From: an uncultured Acidobacteriota bacterium
GTDB taxonomy: Bacteria > Acidobacteriota > Thermoanaerobaculia > Multivoradales > UBA5704
Length of the DNA: 64,000 nucleotides
Direction of reading: 5' to 3'
Assembly: GCA_963700145.1 (NCBI GenBank)
Contig: OY969474.1
Location: 3,168,001 to 3,232,000 of the forward strand
The stretch's first letter is position 1; the number at the start of each line of letters is the position of its first letter. Below the pieces are notes generated by a model. It was given only the letters and a program-made list of their open reading frames with translations. It was not told where the DNA came from and did not search any database. Positions 47,577-57,183 of this stretch are shown here, in pieces. Made by a program: the position numbers and the translations under genes.

Positions 47577-48416
47577 TCAGTCGAAATCGAGGGACGTCGA
47601 GAGGTCCCGCTCGGCGTCGATCTGCGCCTTCAGGTCGGCGATCTTCTGCTCCGCGGTGGCGATGGCGTCGGCGCCGGCGATGAAGCGGCGCGGCGGCGGG
47701 TCTTGGCCCGCAATGGCGATGAGGGCTCGCGCGAGCTTCGCCGGGTCGCCGGATTGCTGGCCGTTCTGGGCTTTCCAGAACTCCAGCTGCTGCGCTCTGC
47801 GCTCGTCGTAGTCCTCGATGGACGGCTCGGCGTAGTTGGTCGATTGCTCCGTGAGGAGCTCCGTGCGGAAGAACCCCGGGTTGAGGATGGTGGTGGTGAT
47901 GCCGAACGGCGCGACCTCGGCGTGCAGCGACTCCATCCAGCCCTCGAGGCCGAACTTCGAGGCGGCGTACGCGCTGACGAACTCGAAGCCGGCGGCGAGG
48001 CCCGCTGAGGAGGAGATCGAGATGACGTGCCCCGAGCGCTGCCGGCGCATCACCGGCAGGACGGCGCGGGTGACGTTCATCGGGCCGATGAGGCTCGTCG
48101 CCAGCTGCCGCTCCATCTGCTCCGGCGTCAGCTCCTCGAAGTAGCCCGCGTAAAAGCTGGCGGCATTGTTGACCAGCACGTCGATGCGGCCGAACCGGTC
48201 GACAGCGGCCCGCACCGCCGCCTCGGCATCGGCGCGGCTGGTGACGTCGAGCTTGACGGCCAGCAGGTCGTCCGACGGTCCCAAGGCCTCGGACACGCGG
48301 CCGCTGTCCCGGCCCGAGGCCACAACCGCGTGGCCGGCCGCCAGGGCGGCCTTGGCGAAATCGGCGCCCATGCCGCGGCCGGCGCCGGTGATGAGCCAGA
48401 CCTTCTTGTTCGTCAT
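47577..48416 (-). CDS. SDR family oxidoreductase
   Basis: WLITGAGRGMG, DVLVNNA, YAASKFGLEG, PGFFRT. Confidence 0.95.
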   Translation of the reverse strand: MTNKKVWLITGAGRGMGADFAKAALAAGHAVVASGRDSGRVSEALGPSDDLLAVKLDVTSRADAEAAVRAAVDRFGRIDVLVNNAASFYAGYFEELTPEQMERQLATSLIGPMNVTRAVLPVMRRQRSGHVISISSSAGLAAGFEFVSAYAASKFGLEGWMESLHAEVAPFGITTTILNPGFFRTELLTEQSTNYAEPSIEDYDERRAQQLEFWKAQNGQQSGDPAKLARALIAIAGQDPPPRRFIAGADAIATAEQKIADLKAQIDAERDLSTSLDFD

Positions 48417-48439
48417 GGCATGCGGATCAGCGAACAGCA

Positions 48440-48685
48440 CTAGAGCTTTTCGCCCTTGGCCGATTGCCCGCGAAGCAGAAAGGTCCTGGGAAACTTGCCC
48501 TCACCGCAGATCTTGAAGGAGCCGAAGTCCTTGTACCAAGGGCCCTCCGGGGCCTCGGGCTCGGATTCTCTCCATTCCTTCAGCCGGTAGAGATCCTCTA
48601 CTGTGATCTTCCTTTCCCGGAGGCGGTCGAAGAGATGGTCGCGAAGCTGGGGAGGTAGCTGAGTCCACTGGATCTTCGGCATCAT
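48440..48685 (-). CDS. Small hypothetical protein, putative toxin
   Basis: MPKIQWTQLP...WYKDFGSFKICGEGKFPRTFL; coupled to the RHH gene. Confidence 0.7.
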   Translation of the reverse strand: MMPKIQWTQLPPQLRDHLFDRLRERKITVEDLYRLKEWRESEPEAPEGPWYKDFGSFKICGEGKFPRTFLLRGQSAKGEKL

Positions 48686-48957
48686 TCACCGAAGGTCATG
48701 CGGGCCAGTTCCTCCTTGAGGCTCCGCTGCTCCTCCGGATCGCCGCTGCTCGCTAGGCGGTCGGCCAGCTCGAAGAAGCGTTGCCGCTCCTTCTCCCTTG
48801 CCTCGAGGCCGGACTCGATCAGCTCGACGAGGATGCGGTTGGCGCTGGTACGGCTGGAGTCGGCAAGCGCTTTGACGCGGCGAGCGACTTGCGGAGGGAG
48901 GCTGACGCTCTGACGGACTGTCGTCTTCGACCGAGCTGCCTGCGCCGTCCGCCTCAT
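48682..48957 (-). CDS. Ribbon-helix-helix protein, putative antitoxin
   Basis: VRQSVSLPPQVARRVKALADSSRTSANRILVELIESGL. Confidence 0.75.
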   Translation of the reverse strand: MRRTAQAARSKTTVRQSVSLPPQVARRVKALADSSRTSANRILVELIESGLEAREKERQRFFELADRLASSGDPEEQRSLKEELARMTFGE

Positions 48958-48976
48958 GAGCCGAGGATACACCGAA

Positions 48977-48992
48977 GTGCACCATGGTGCAC
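48977..48992. promoter_or_regulatory. Perfect palindrome GTGCACCATGGTGCAC (RHH operator candidate)
   Basis: 16-bp palindrome just upstream of a minus-strand TATCCT -10 box and the RHH ATG. Confidence 0.6.
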
Positions 48993-49016
48993 CAGGAGCG
49001 CCGTCCCCTCCGGGGA

Positions 49017-49829
49017 TCACGCGCCCTTCCAGGCCTCGCCAGGGAGACGCGGCGTGATCTCGTCGAAAACGAGTCGCGCCGCGCGCTCCAGATCCCACTC
49101 GACGCCCGGCGCCAGCAGCGGCTGAAGATCGGCGGTAAACACGCGATCCTCGAGCTTGCCCATCAGATTTGCCTCGAGCTCGGCCCGAGAGACGCGAAGT
49201 CCGTCTGACCGCAGGTACTCGCGGAAGCAGGCGACAACGCGATCGATGTCGATCGCGGCGTGGCTTGCCGCCCACCAGAGGTCGAAGAGGTCCCTGCCCT
49301 TCCTGCGCTGGTAGAGCGCGCGGAGCTTGGTGCCGAGCAGCTCGTCGAGGGCGTAGGTCGAGATCGAGGCAGCTCCCGAGAACCAGCGGGAGCGTACGGC
49401 GTACGGTCGGCTCTCGAGCCCGAGGACGCTGAAGTGCTCGCGTGAGTTGATCTCGACCTTGAGACGAAGCGGGAGAGGCTCGGCGTCTTCCGAGGCGAAT
49501 CGATAAAGGAGGGTGACCCGGCCCTCCGTGAGCGTTCGCTTCGGCGGGCCGAGCCAGGGGTCGAGCCGCGAGCGCAGGCGATCGAGCGTCGCTCCGATCG
49601 GTTCGGCTCGCGTCTGGACGAGATCGATGTCCTCCGAGTACCGGGGAGCCGGCGTCAGGTGCAGCTTGAAGAGCGCGGTCCCTCCCCGGAAGGCGAGGGC
49701 TTCCGCGAGGTCCGGTTCGCCGAAGATCTCGACCAGGACCCGGCTGAGGACGAGATCCTGCTCAACCTGAGAGCTCGGCACCCAGGCGACGTGCTGCCGC
49801 CACTCGGCAATGTAGTCCGCCGGGATCAC
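49017..49829 (-). CDS. abiEii: AbiEii nucleotidyltransferase toxin
   Basis: QVEQDLVLSR, FRGGTALFKLH, RYSEDIDL, LKVEIN, KLRALYQRRKGRDLFDL. Confidence 0.93.
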   Translation of the reverse strand: MIPADYIAEWRQHVAWVPSSQVEQDLVLSRVLVEIFGEPDLAEALAFRGGTALFKLHLTPAPRYSEDIDLVQTRAEPIGATLDRLRSRLDPWLGPPKRTLTEGRVTLLYRFASEDAEPLPLRLKVEINSREHFSVLGLESRPYAVRSRWFSGAASISTYALDELLGTKLRALYQRRKGRDLFDLWWAASHAAIDIDRVVACFREYLRSDGLRVSRAELEANLMGKLEDRVFTADLQPLLAPGVEWDLERAARLVFDEITPRLPGEAWKGA

Positions 49830-50629
49830 AGGTCGGGCTCCACGTCCGCGTTGACGCGGAGCTTCCAGCGCTCGTCGCGCGGCGCATTCTTGAGCTCATC
49901 TCCTGGGATGAGCGAGGCCGTCTCGGTCGCATGCCGGGCGACGAACGCCGCCAGCGGCTCGCTGCGCGACGACTGCCCGACCCGATCGAGGAGGTAGCCG
50001 AGGCGCTGTGCCCAAGGAATCGGCGAGAGTGGACCAAGGGCAGCGAGCCGGTCCGCGTCAAGCTTCTCGGCCAACTCCGCCAGGACGGTGGCGACGTTGT
50101 CGAGACCACCGCAGCGCTCCTGGTAGCCGACCAGATCGAAGGCTGTGGCCTCGGGAGAGGAGACACGAAGGAATCCCCGCGGGGTGTTCACCTTGTCTGT
50201 CGGCACGGCCTCTGCGTTGCGCCGCGCCACGAAGTCGACCCCCACCCGGCCGCAACGGATCGGCGGCCGGTTCTTCGGCACGACGACCTGGAACTGCTGC
50301 GGCTGCTGATGTGCGGCACCGTGGTAGCGCGCCGCCGTCAGAAGTCCGGCGTAGTGGACGACCGAGAGACGATCCATCAGCTGAGGGACGAACTGCTCGG
50401 GGGGCAGGCAGCCGAGCGACTGGTATTCAGGGGGAACGAAGAGATGGAAGCCCCGGTACGGAGTGGCGATCTCCCCTCTCGCCTTCAGCCGGCGGAGAGC
50501 GGCACGCGCCGCAGTGCCCGCGACCCCGAGCTCTCGGACGACCTCGTCTGTCGAGAAGAGGTATCGCCCGCGAGCGGCCCACTCCCGAACCAGATTACGT
50601 GCCGCGAGGCGGCCAGTCTCCGGATTCAC
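49826..50629 (-). CDS. abiEi: AbiEi antitoxin
   Basis: GRYLFST...VPPEY...LLTAARYHGAAHQQPQ...SSPEATAFDLV...QRLGYLL. Confidence 0.9.
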   Translation of the reverse strand: MNPETGRLAARNLVREWAARGRYLFSTDEVVRELGVAGTAARAALRRLKARGEIATPYRGFHLFVPPEYQSLGCLPPEQFVPQLMDRLSVVHYAGLLTAARYHGAAHQQPQQFQVVVPKNRPPIRCGRVGVDFVARRNAEAVPTDKVNTPRGFLRVSSPEATAFDLVGYQERCGGLDNVATVLAELAEKLDADRLAALGPLSPIPWAQRLGYLLDRVGQSSRSEPLAAFVARHATETASLIPGDELKNAPRDERWKLRVNADVEPDL

Positions 50630-50630
50630 G

Positions 50631-50663
50631 CGACGAAGGTAACGTAAAACGTTACATTTGTCG
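50631..50663. promoter_or_regulatory. AbiEi operator-like inverted repeat
   Basis: CGACGAAGGTAACGT-AAA-ACGTTACATTTGTCG (13/15 pairing) immediately upstream of abiEi. Confidence 0.6.
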
Positions 50664-50687
50664 AGTGAATCCGGAGCTTACGCGCAC

Positions 50688-50866
50688 TCAGCGCCCTAGC
50701 ACCACGTCGATCCCCGCGAACAACAGCTCCAGTTGGCGGGTGCCTACCTTGCCTGCTTGTTCGGTCAACTGCCGTGCACCACGACCACCGGCCGGCGGTA
50801 TCCGGGGCCCGACCCGAGCGGTTCGCCGAGGTCGGCCCACCAGACCTAGCCCTGGCCGATCACCAC
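50688..50866 (-). pseudogene. mazF: MazF/PemK toxin remnant
   Basis: VIGQG*VWWADLGEPLGSGPGYRRPVVVV joined by a deletion to LTEQAGKV...GIDVVLGR*. Confidence 0.75.
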
Positions 50867-51060
50867 TCGCTGCGCTCGAGCACACTCCGCGCGGCCCGCC
50901 GCGTGAACTCGTCGACCTCGGCTCCGGCCTCCTCGACCGTGCGATCCATCGCTTCGGTGATGCGGTCAGGCGCGTGCCGTGCCACGAACTCCGTCAACGC
51001 GCGGCTGTAGAGCCGGCTGCGCGAGGTCTTCAGCTCCGCGGCCAGCCGCTGCCAGACGGA
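50860..51060 (-). pseudogene. mazE: MazE/ChpI-type antitoxin lacking its N-terminus
   Basis: RLAAELKTSRSRLYSRALTEFVARH...ITEAMD...AARSVLERSEW*. Confidence 0.7.
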
Positions 51061-51140
51061 CTTCGCGCGCCGTCGCCATATACTCCGCCGCTGCGCGACA
51101 TGACACCGCTCCTGTCGACCACCAGCGAAAGGGGATTGAG

Positions 51141-52196
51141 ATGAGCCATCGGTTCAGGGCCTTCGCGTCGTTGTGCGTCGCGCTCGCAGTTGGGTCGATC
51201 ACCGGCTGTAACGGGAACAACCCGCCCGCCAGCGGGCCATTGCCGACGCCGGTGTTCACCCTGCTGGAGATTCCCGACCCGAACGGGGCCCCCGTTTGGC
51301 AGCCGATTCCGATCCCTCCGGCGCCGACAGTGCTGCCCACACGGGGACGCGGCGTGCGCGTGTCTTTCTCCGCGCCCGTCGGCAGCTCCTTCAGCGTGTC
51401 GCTTCGGCCCCTCGGCGGCACCCTGACGCCGGTGCCTGAGAACCAGGGAGCTCCAGCGCCGCCGGAAGCCGGTTACTTCCAGGTCTTGAACGTGAATACC
51501 AGCGCCAATCCGCCGGTCTACCGCATGTACGTGCGCGCGCCGATGTCGCTGTCGGACCCGGCGAACTACGACGTGGAGATCGTCAACCGCAGCCTGCGCA
51601 CCGACGTGACCGACAGCAGCCCCCTGGTCGTTGGTCTGCGCCAGCGCCCCGTCTTCACGGTGACCGTCATGGTGCAGGGCGATGGCCACGTGACGAGCAC
51701 GCCCCCCGGCATTCAGTGCGGCCGCTCGCCGGGCGGCTCGACATTGACACCGTGCAGCTACACCTTCGGGCCTGGCCCGGTGAGCCTCGCGCCCAACTCG
51801 AACGATCCCAATACGACGAAGTTCATCGGCTGGAGCGGTAACTGCGCGCCCAACGTTCAGGTGTGCACGTTCGCGCTCGCCGGTCTGTCGGCGATCAGCG
51901 CGACGGCGACCTTCGGCCCGCGCGCGACCAACGTGCCGGTATCCGCTTGTCCCGCCGCGGCGGCGATACCGGGACTCAGGTGGACCGACGTACCGCAATG
52001 CGACATCACCCATACGGGCATCAACCTCAGATGCGACGCGCAGGGCTTTTTTTGCTGTGAACCGGCGCCTATGAACGCCAACGCGCCACGCTGTGGTGGT
52101 CAGGGGCAGCTCGAGACCAGCCCAAATTGCCAACATCTCGCACCGCGGGGCCTGCTACGCCCCGGCGGATGCTACGAGGTCGACAGCGGGCCGTAG
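51141..52196 (+). CDS. Lipoprotein with divergent InlB B-repeat-like domain and Cys-rich tail
   Basis: Lipobox ITG-C; GDGHVTSTPPGIQCG...FIGWSGNC. Confidence 0.7.
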   Translation: MSHRFRAFASLCVALAVGSITGCNGNNPPASGPLPTPVFTLLEIPDPNGAPVWQPIPIPPAPTVLPTRGRGVRVSFSAPVGSSFSVSLRPLGGTLTPVPENQGAPAPPEAGYFQVLNVNTSANPPVYRMYVRAPMSLSDPANYDVEIVNRSLRTDVTDSSPLVVGLRQRPVFTVTVMVQGDGHVTSTPPGIQCGRSPGGSTLTPCSYTFGPGPVSLAPNSNDPNTTKFIGWSGNCAPNVQVCTFALAGLSAISATATFGPRATNVPVSACPAAAAIPGLRWTDVPQCDITHTGINLRCDAQGFFCCEPAPMNANAPRCGGQGQLETSPNCQHLAPRGLLRPGGCYEVDSGP

Positions 52197-52202
52197 CTGG
52201 GG

Positions 52203-54137
52203 CTACTTCCCGGCGATCACGGGCAGCTCGATCGCGCTCGCGCTGCCCGGCGCATGCCAGATTCGCTGGGTCGCCTTCACGTAGCTTTCGGGCTTGGCGT
52301 ACATGATGTTCGGCACGAAGGTCTGCGGATTGCGGTCGTAGAGCGGGAACCAGCTCGACTGGATCTGCACCATGACGCGGTGCCCGGGCAGGAAGGTATG
52401 GCTCGCGTGCGGCAGCCGGATGCGGTACGGCAGGGCCTCGTTCGCCGCCAGGGGCTCGGGCTTGGCGGGATCGACGCGGAAACGGCCGCGGAAGATGTCG
52501 GCCGAGAGCATCTGCTGATAGCCGCCCAGGCCGGGCTGCTCGGGCACCTCGTCCGGCCACACGTCGACGATCTTCACGACCCAGTCCGAATCGCTGCCGC
52601 TGGTGGAGGCGTAGAGGTGCGCGACGGGCTCGCCGGCGATGCGCAGCGGCTCCTTGAGGACGTCGGTCTGATACACCAGCACGTCGGTGCGCGAGGCGGC
52701 GTTGCGCTGGTCGTCGAGCAGCCATTCGCCCCAACCGGAGCCCTCTGCGCCGGTGGGGAGCGTCGGGCGCGTCCGGTACGGCACCGGCTTGGCGGGATCG
52801 GAGACGTACTCGTCATAGCGCTCGCCCGCCGCGGCCGGAGGCTCGAAGCCGAGCCGGCCGCCGGGCAGCAGGAACAACGACCGGGACCGCTCCGCGCAGC
52901 CTTCGCCGCAGGAGCGCGGCCAGTGGTCGTACCGCCGCCACTCGTCGGCGCCCGTCTCGTAGACCAGCACCCGGGGCGTGTCGGGCTTCGGCGCGTCCTT
53001 GAGGTGGTGGTCGAGGAACGGCTGCATGACCGTGCGGCGAAACCGTCCGGCGGTATCGCCCTCGAACTGGATGGCGCCGATGCCGCGGCCCGCCCGCCGG
53101 CCCTGGCCGTGGTTCCACGGCCCGAGCACCAGGTGCACGAGCTCGCCGCCCGGGTCCTTGGGCGCCAGCGCCCGGTACAGCGCCGGGCCGCCGTAGATGT
53201 CTTCCTGGTCGAAGAGCCCGCCGACGATCATCAGCGGCACCGTCAGCGGCTCCTTGGCGAGCAGCTTGTCGACGGCCTGGTGCCGCCACCACTCGTCGTA
53301 GCTGGTGTGCGCGGCGAGGGCGCGCCAGAAGCCGAGCTGCTCGAGGCCGCGCGAGGCGGCGAGGGCGCCGGCCGAGCCGGCCCGCAGGAACGTGTCGTAG
53401 GCGTCGTACTCGCCCGTCCACCACTCGTGGTCGCCTTTGCGCGCCGCCTGCTGGTCGTAGATGAACTCGAGCGCGACGGCCTGCCGGAAGGCGCCGTTGT
53501 GGAACCAGTCGTCCCCCATCCACCCGTCGACCATCGGCGCGAACGCTACCGCGGCCTTGAGGGCCGGATGCGGGCCCACCGTCGACATGACGGTGGTGTA
53601 GCCCTCGTAGGAGCCGCCGATCGTTGCGACGCGCCCGTTGCTCTCCGGCACGTTCTTCACCAGCCAGTCGATCGTGTCGTAGCAGTCGGTCGCGTGGTCC
53701 ACTGCCGTCGGGTTCAAGGGGCCGCGCAGCGGGCGGGTCAGCACGTAGTCGCCCTCGGACCCGTGCTTACCGCGCACGTCCTGGTAGACGACGATGTAGC
53801 CGGCCGCCACCGACGTGTCGTTCATGTGCGGCACGGCCGCCGCGAGGCGCGGGCTGTTGAAGCGAGAGACGCGCCCCTCCGCGCCGTACGGCGTACGAGT
53901 CAGCAGCAGCGGTGCGTTGGCGGCGCCTTTGGGGACCAGGATGAGGGTCTTCAGCTTGACGCCGTCGCGCATCGCGATCATGACTTCGCGCTTCTCGAAA
54001 TCGAACGCTTCGGTGCGGGGCGTGAAGGTCTCGGGCGTCTCGCTCGGCAGCGAGCGCACGCGCTCGTCGGCGGCGGCGTACGCGGCAACGCCGACAACCG
54101 CGACCGCGACGATGCAGGCGCCGCGCAGTGGGTTCAC
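52203..54137 (-). CDS. CocE/NonD (S15) hydrolase, alpha-amino acid ester hydrolase-like
   Basis: MRDGVKL, RTPY, QDVRGKHGSEG, GGSYEG, DDWFHNGAFR, GPWNHG, WFPLYDRNPQ. Confidence 0.95.
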   Translation of the reverse strand: MNPLRGACIVAVAVVGVAAYAAADERVRSLPSETPETFTPRTEAFDFEKREVMIAMRDGVKLKTLILVPKGAANAPLLLTRTPYGAEGRVSRFNSPRLAAAVPHMNDTSVAAGYIVVYQDVRGKHGSEGDYVLTRPLRGPLNPTAVDHATDCYDTIDWLVKNVPESNGRVATIGGSYEGYTTVMSTVGPHPALKAAVAFAPMVDGWMGDDWFHNGAFRQAVALEFIYDQQAARKGDHEWWTGEYDAYDTFLRAGSAGALAASRGLEQLGFWRALAAHTSYDEWWRHQAVDKLLAKEPLTVPLMIVGGLFDQEDIYGGPALYRALAPKDPGGELVHLVLGPWNHGQGRRAGRGIGAIQFEGDTAGRFRRTVMQPFLDHHLKDAPKPDTPRVLVYETGADEWRRYDHWPRSCGEGCAERSRSLFLLPGGRLGFEPPAAAGERYDEYVSDPAKPVPYRTRPTLPTGAEGSGWGEWLLDDQRNAASRTDVLVYQTDVLKEPLRIAGEPVAHLYASTSGSDSDWVVKIVDVWPDEVPEQPGLGGYQQMLSADIFRGRFRVDPAKPEPLAANEALPYRIRLPHASHTFLPGHRVMVQIQSSWFPLYDRNPQTFVPNIMYAKPESYVKATQRIWHAPGSASAIELPVIAGK

Positions 54138-54496
54138 AGGCGGCGCCAGAAGAAGTACGAGAGCCCCCAGAGCACGCCGGCGCCCGCCGCCCAGCCCCAC
54201 GCCTCCGGGCCGTCGCCCACCGCGAAGTGGGCGATGAGCGCCGAGGCGAGGGTGATGGCGAAGCCGGCGTAGGCCCACTCCTTGAGCCGCGCCGGCACCG
54301 GCGCAAGCAGCAGCACCACGCCGAGGAGCTTGGCCAACGCGAGCTCCACCCGGAAGTAGCCGGGGAAGCCGAGGTGGGTGAACGCCTCCGCCACCACCGG
54401 CAAGGTCAGTTGCGCGTAGGCGGTGAAGCCGATCTGCAGGCAGAAGAGCGCGGTGGCGATCCAGTAGACGATGGTCTTGGCTTTGGGGGTGGCCAT
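54134..54496 (-). CDS. DoxX family membrane protein
   Basis: YWIATAL...FTHLGFPGYF...KLLG...RLKEWAYAGF. Confidence 0.9.
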   Translation of the reverse strand: MATPKAKTIVYWIATALFCLQIGFTAYAQLTLPVVAEAFTHLGFPGYFRVELALAKLLGVVLLLAPVPARLKEWAYAGFAITLASALIAHFAVGDGPEAWGWAAGAGVLWGLSYFFWRRL

Positions 54497-54540
54497 ATTC
54501 GTCAATCCTATGACGGGCCGCGATGGGAGAATGTCGCCCG

Positions 54541-57183
54541 ATGCGAACCGCGGCCGCGGCACTCCTCCTCGGTCTGCTCTGCCTACTGGTCTACAACGCG
54601 AACCTGCGGTGGATCGGGGCCGGAGACACGTTCCCCGCCCGCTACCTGCCGCTCGGCATCTGGCGCCACGGGACGCTCGAGCTCGACCCGGTCGCACGGC
54701 TCGTCGCCCACGGTCACCCCTCGGCGGAGACGTGGAGCGAGCCGCCCGGCCCCGGCAATCCCGGCACGTTCTTCGAGCCCTGGGCCTACTGGATGATCGA
54801 GACGCGCCGCGAGAATCTCGCCTCGATGTATCCGATCGTGACGCCGGTCCTGGTGGCGCCGCTCTACCTCCCGGCCGTGGCCTATCTCCGTGCGCGGGGC
54901 TGGCAGCCGTGGCAGGTCGACTGGGTCGCGACCATCATGGAGAAGCTCTCGGCGTCGCTGCTGGCCGCGCTCACGGTGGTGATCGTGTATCGGTTGCTGC
55001 AGCGCGAGGCCGGACGATGGGCCTTGCCGCTCGCCGTGGCGTTCGCCTTCGGCACCAACACCTGGATGATCTCGAGCCAGGCCCTCTGGCAGCACGGAAC
55101 GGGCGAGCTCCTGGTCGCGCTCGCGCTGCTGCTGGCGACGTCGACGCTGACGCCGGCGCGCTGCGCGGCGCTCGGCGCCGTCTGCGTCGCGATGGCGGCG
55201 AACCGTCCTCCCGACGCGCTGATCGCCGCGGCCATCGCGCTCTACGCCGCGTGGGCCGTGCGGCGGACGGCGGCGTGGCTGGCCGCCGGGGCTCTCGTGC
55301 CGCTCGCGCTGGTGGTCGCCTACAACCTGCAGGTGACGGGGAGTGTCTTCGGCGGGTACGGCACCGTCGAGGCGCCCGGCTTCCTCGAGCATCCGCTGTG
55401 GGCCGGGCTCGCCGGGCTGCTGGCCAGTCCGATGCGCGGTCTGTTCGCCTTCTCGCCGTTCCTCCTGTTCGTGCCGCTGGGGCTCGTCCGGCGCCTCCGC
55501 ACGCCGGGTACGCGGCTGCTCGCGGCGCTGTTGGCGGCGGCCGTCGTCGGGCAGCTCGTGCTCTACGCCAAGGCGGACTGGCGGGCGGGGTTCTCCTGGG
55601 GGCCGCGCTGGCTGACCGACATCTTGCCTATCCTGATGTGGATGCTCGCGCCCGCGCCGCTCCTCCTGCGCACCCCGGCGCGCATCGCGCTGGTGGCGAC
55701 GATGGCGGCCTCCATCGCGGTGCAGACGATCGGCGCCTTCTGGTACACGGGGGCGAGCGACCAGCCTCTCTACGCCGGCGCCGACGGCTGGATGCGGAGA
55801 GCCTGGCAGGTCGCCAACGCGCCGGTGGCGGCCGAGCTGCGCCACCCGCGCCCGCGCGGCGACCTCGCGTGCTCCGCTCGCGGCCATCTCGACTTCGTCG
55901 GCGCCGCGCCGGCGTCCGAGCCGGGAGGACGCCCGCTGGTGGTCGCTCCCGGCACGAGCTTGCGGGGCTGGGCCCTCGCCTGCGGGAAAACGCCCGCCTA
56001 CGTGCTCCTGCTCGCCGACGGCCTGATCATCGGACAGACGAGCCGATTCGCGCCGGCACGCCCCGACGTCGCCGCGGCGATGCAGACCACCGCGCGCTCG
56101 ACGTGGCGCATCGCAGCGGACACGCGCGGCCTCCCGCCCGGCGAGCACGTGGTGCAGGTCGCCGTCCGCGCCGGAAAGGACAGCGACATCCGCATCGCGA
56201 GCGAGAGCCGCGTGCTGATCGCGCCGCCCCTGGCGGCGCTCGCCCACCGTGCCGCCGCGCTGCTGCGCGAGCACCAGAGCCCGGCAGGCTACTGGCTGAC
56301 GACGCACACCATCGAGCCCCGCTTCGCGAGCCCGCTGCAGGAGATGAACACGTACCTGACCGCGACGCTGGTCGACCTGCTGGCGCCGGTGGCCCCGCGC
56401 CACGGCCTCGAGGACGTGCTGGACAAGGCTCGCCGCCACCTCACGGCCCAGATCGAGCCCGACGGGCTGGTGCGGTATCACGGGCTCCCTGACGGCCCCG
56501 GGATCGGCACGCTCGGCTGCGCCATCACGCCGGACGCCGACGATTCGGCCCTGACGTGGAGGCTCGCCCCCCCGCCCGCCGGGGATCCCCGGCGCGCGTC
56601 CATGCTGCGTATCTTGGAGAGCTATCGCGACGGGCGCGGCTTCTACCGCACCTGGCTGGCGCCGCAGGGGCGTTACCAGTGCCTCAACCCCGGGCGCGAT
56701 CCCAATCCTCCCGACGTGGCCATCCAGATGCACGTGCTCCTCATGCTCGCGGAGGCGGACCCCGCGGCCGCCCGGCGTCTGTGCGCGGCGCTCGCCGCCG
56801 AGGTCTCCGACGAGAGCCTCTGGGTCTACTACGCGCGGGCCCCCCTCGTGCCGCTGCTGCGCACCGCGGACCTGCGGAGGGTCGGGTGCGGGGTGGAGAT
56901 CGCAAGCGAGCGGCTCGCGGGAGCTCCCGGCCAGGAGCGCTGGATCGAGGCCGCACGGCGCCTGGTGGACGCGCAAGCGAGGACCGCGGCCGCGAGCCCG
57001 GACGATGCGCCCGCCACCCTCGCGCTGCTCGCCGAGCTCGGCCGGGACGACTTCGCGGAGCTGCGCCGCACGCCGCCGCTGCTCTACCACAACGACCTGA
57101 CGGCGACGGTGTCGCGGTACTACTGGTCCGAGGATTTCGGCTACGCCCTGTGGCTGCGTCTCTGGGAAACGACACTCCGATGA
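54541..57183 (+). CDS. GT-C-like membrane protein fused to class II terpene cyclase/prenyltransferase-like domain
   Basis: GDTFPARYLP, SQALWQHG, GLLASPMRGLFAFSP, WGPRWL; C-terminal QSPAGYW and ITPDADDSAL (DxDD). Confidence 0.7.
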   Translation: MRTAAAALLLGLLCLLVYNANLRWIGAGDTFPARYLPLGIWRHGTLELDPVARLVAHGHPSAETWSEPPGPGNPGTFFEPWAYWMIETRRENLASMYPIVTPVLVAPLYLPAVAYLRARGWQPWQVDWVATIMEKLSASLLAALTVVIVYRLLQREAGRWALPLAVAFAFGTNTWMISSQALWQHGTGELLVALALLLATSTLTPARCAALGAVCVAMAANRPPDALIAAAIALYAAWAVRRTAAWLAAGALVPLALVVAYNLQVTGSVFGGYGTVEAPGFLEHPLWAGLAGLLASPMRGLFAFSPFLLFVPLGLVRRLRTPGTRLLAALLAAAVVGQLVLYAKADWRAGFSWGPRWLTDILPILMWMLAPAPLLLRTPARIALVATMAASIAVQTIGAFWYTGASDQPLYAGADGWMRRAWQVANAPVAAELRHPRPRGDLACSARGHLDFVGAAPASEPGGRPLVVAPGTSLRGWALACGKTPAYVLLLADGLIIGQTSRFAPARPDVAAAMQTTARSTWRIAADTRGLPPGEHVVQVAVRAGKDSDIRIASESRVLIAPPLAALAHRAAALLREHQSPAGYWLTTHTIEPRFASPLQEMNTYLTATLVDLLAPVAPRHGLEDVLDKARRHLTAQIEPDGLVRYHGLPDGPGIGTLGCAITPDADDSALTWRLAPPPAGDPRRASMLRILESYRDGRGFYRTWLAPQGRYQCLNPGRDPNPPDVAIQMHVLLMLAEADPAAARRLCAALAAEVSDESLWVYYARAPLVPLLRTADLRRVGCGVEIASERLAGAPGQERWIEAARRLVDAQARTAAASPDDAPATLALLAELGRDDFAELRRTPPLLYHNDLTATVSRYYWSEDFGYALWLRLWETTLR

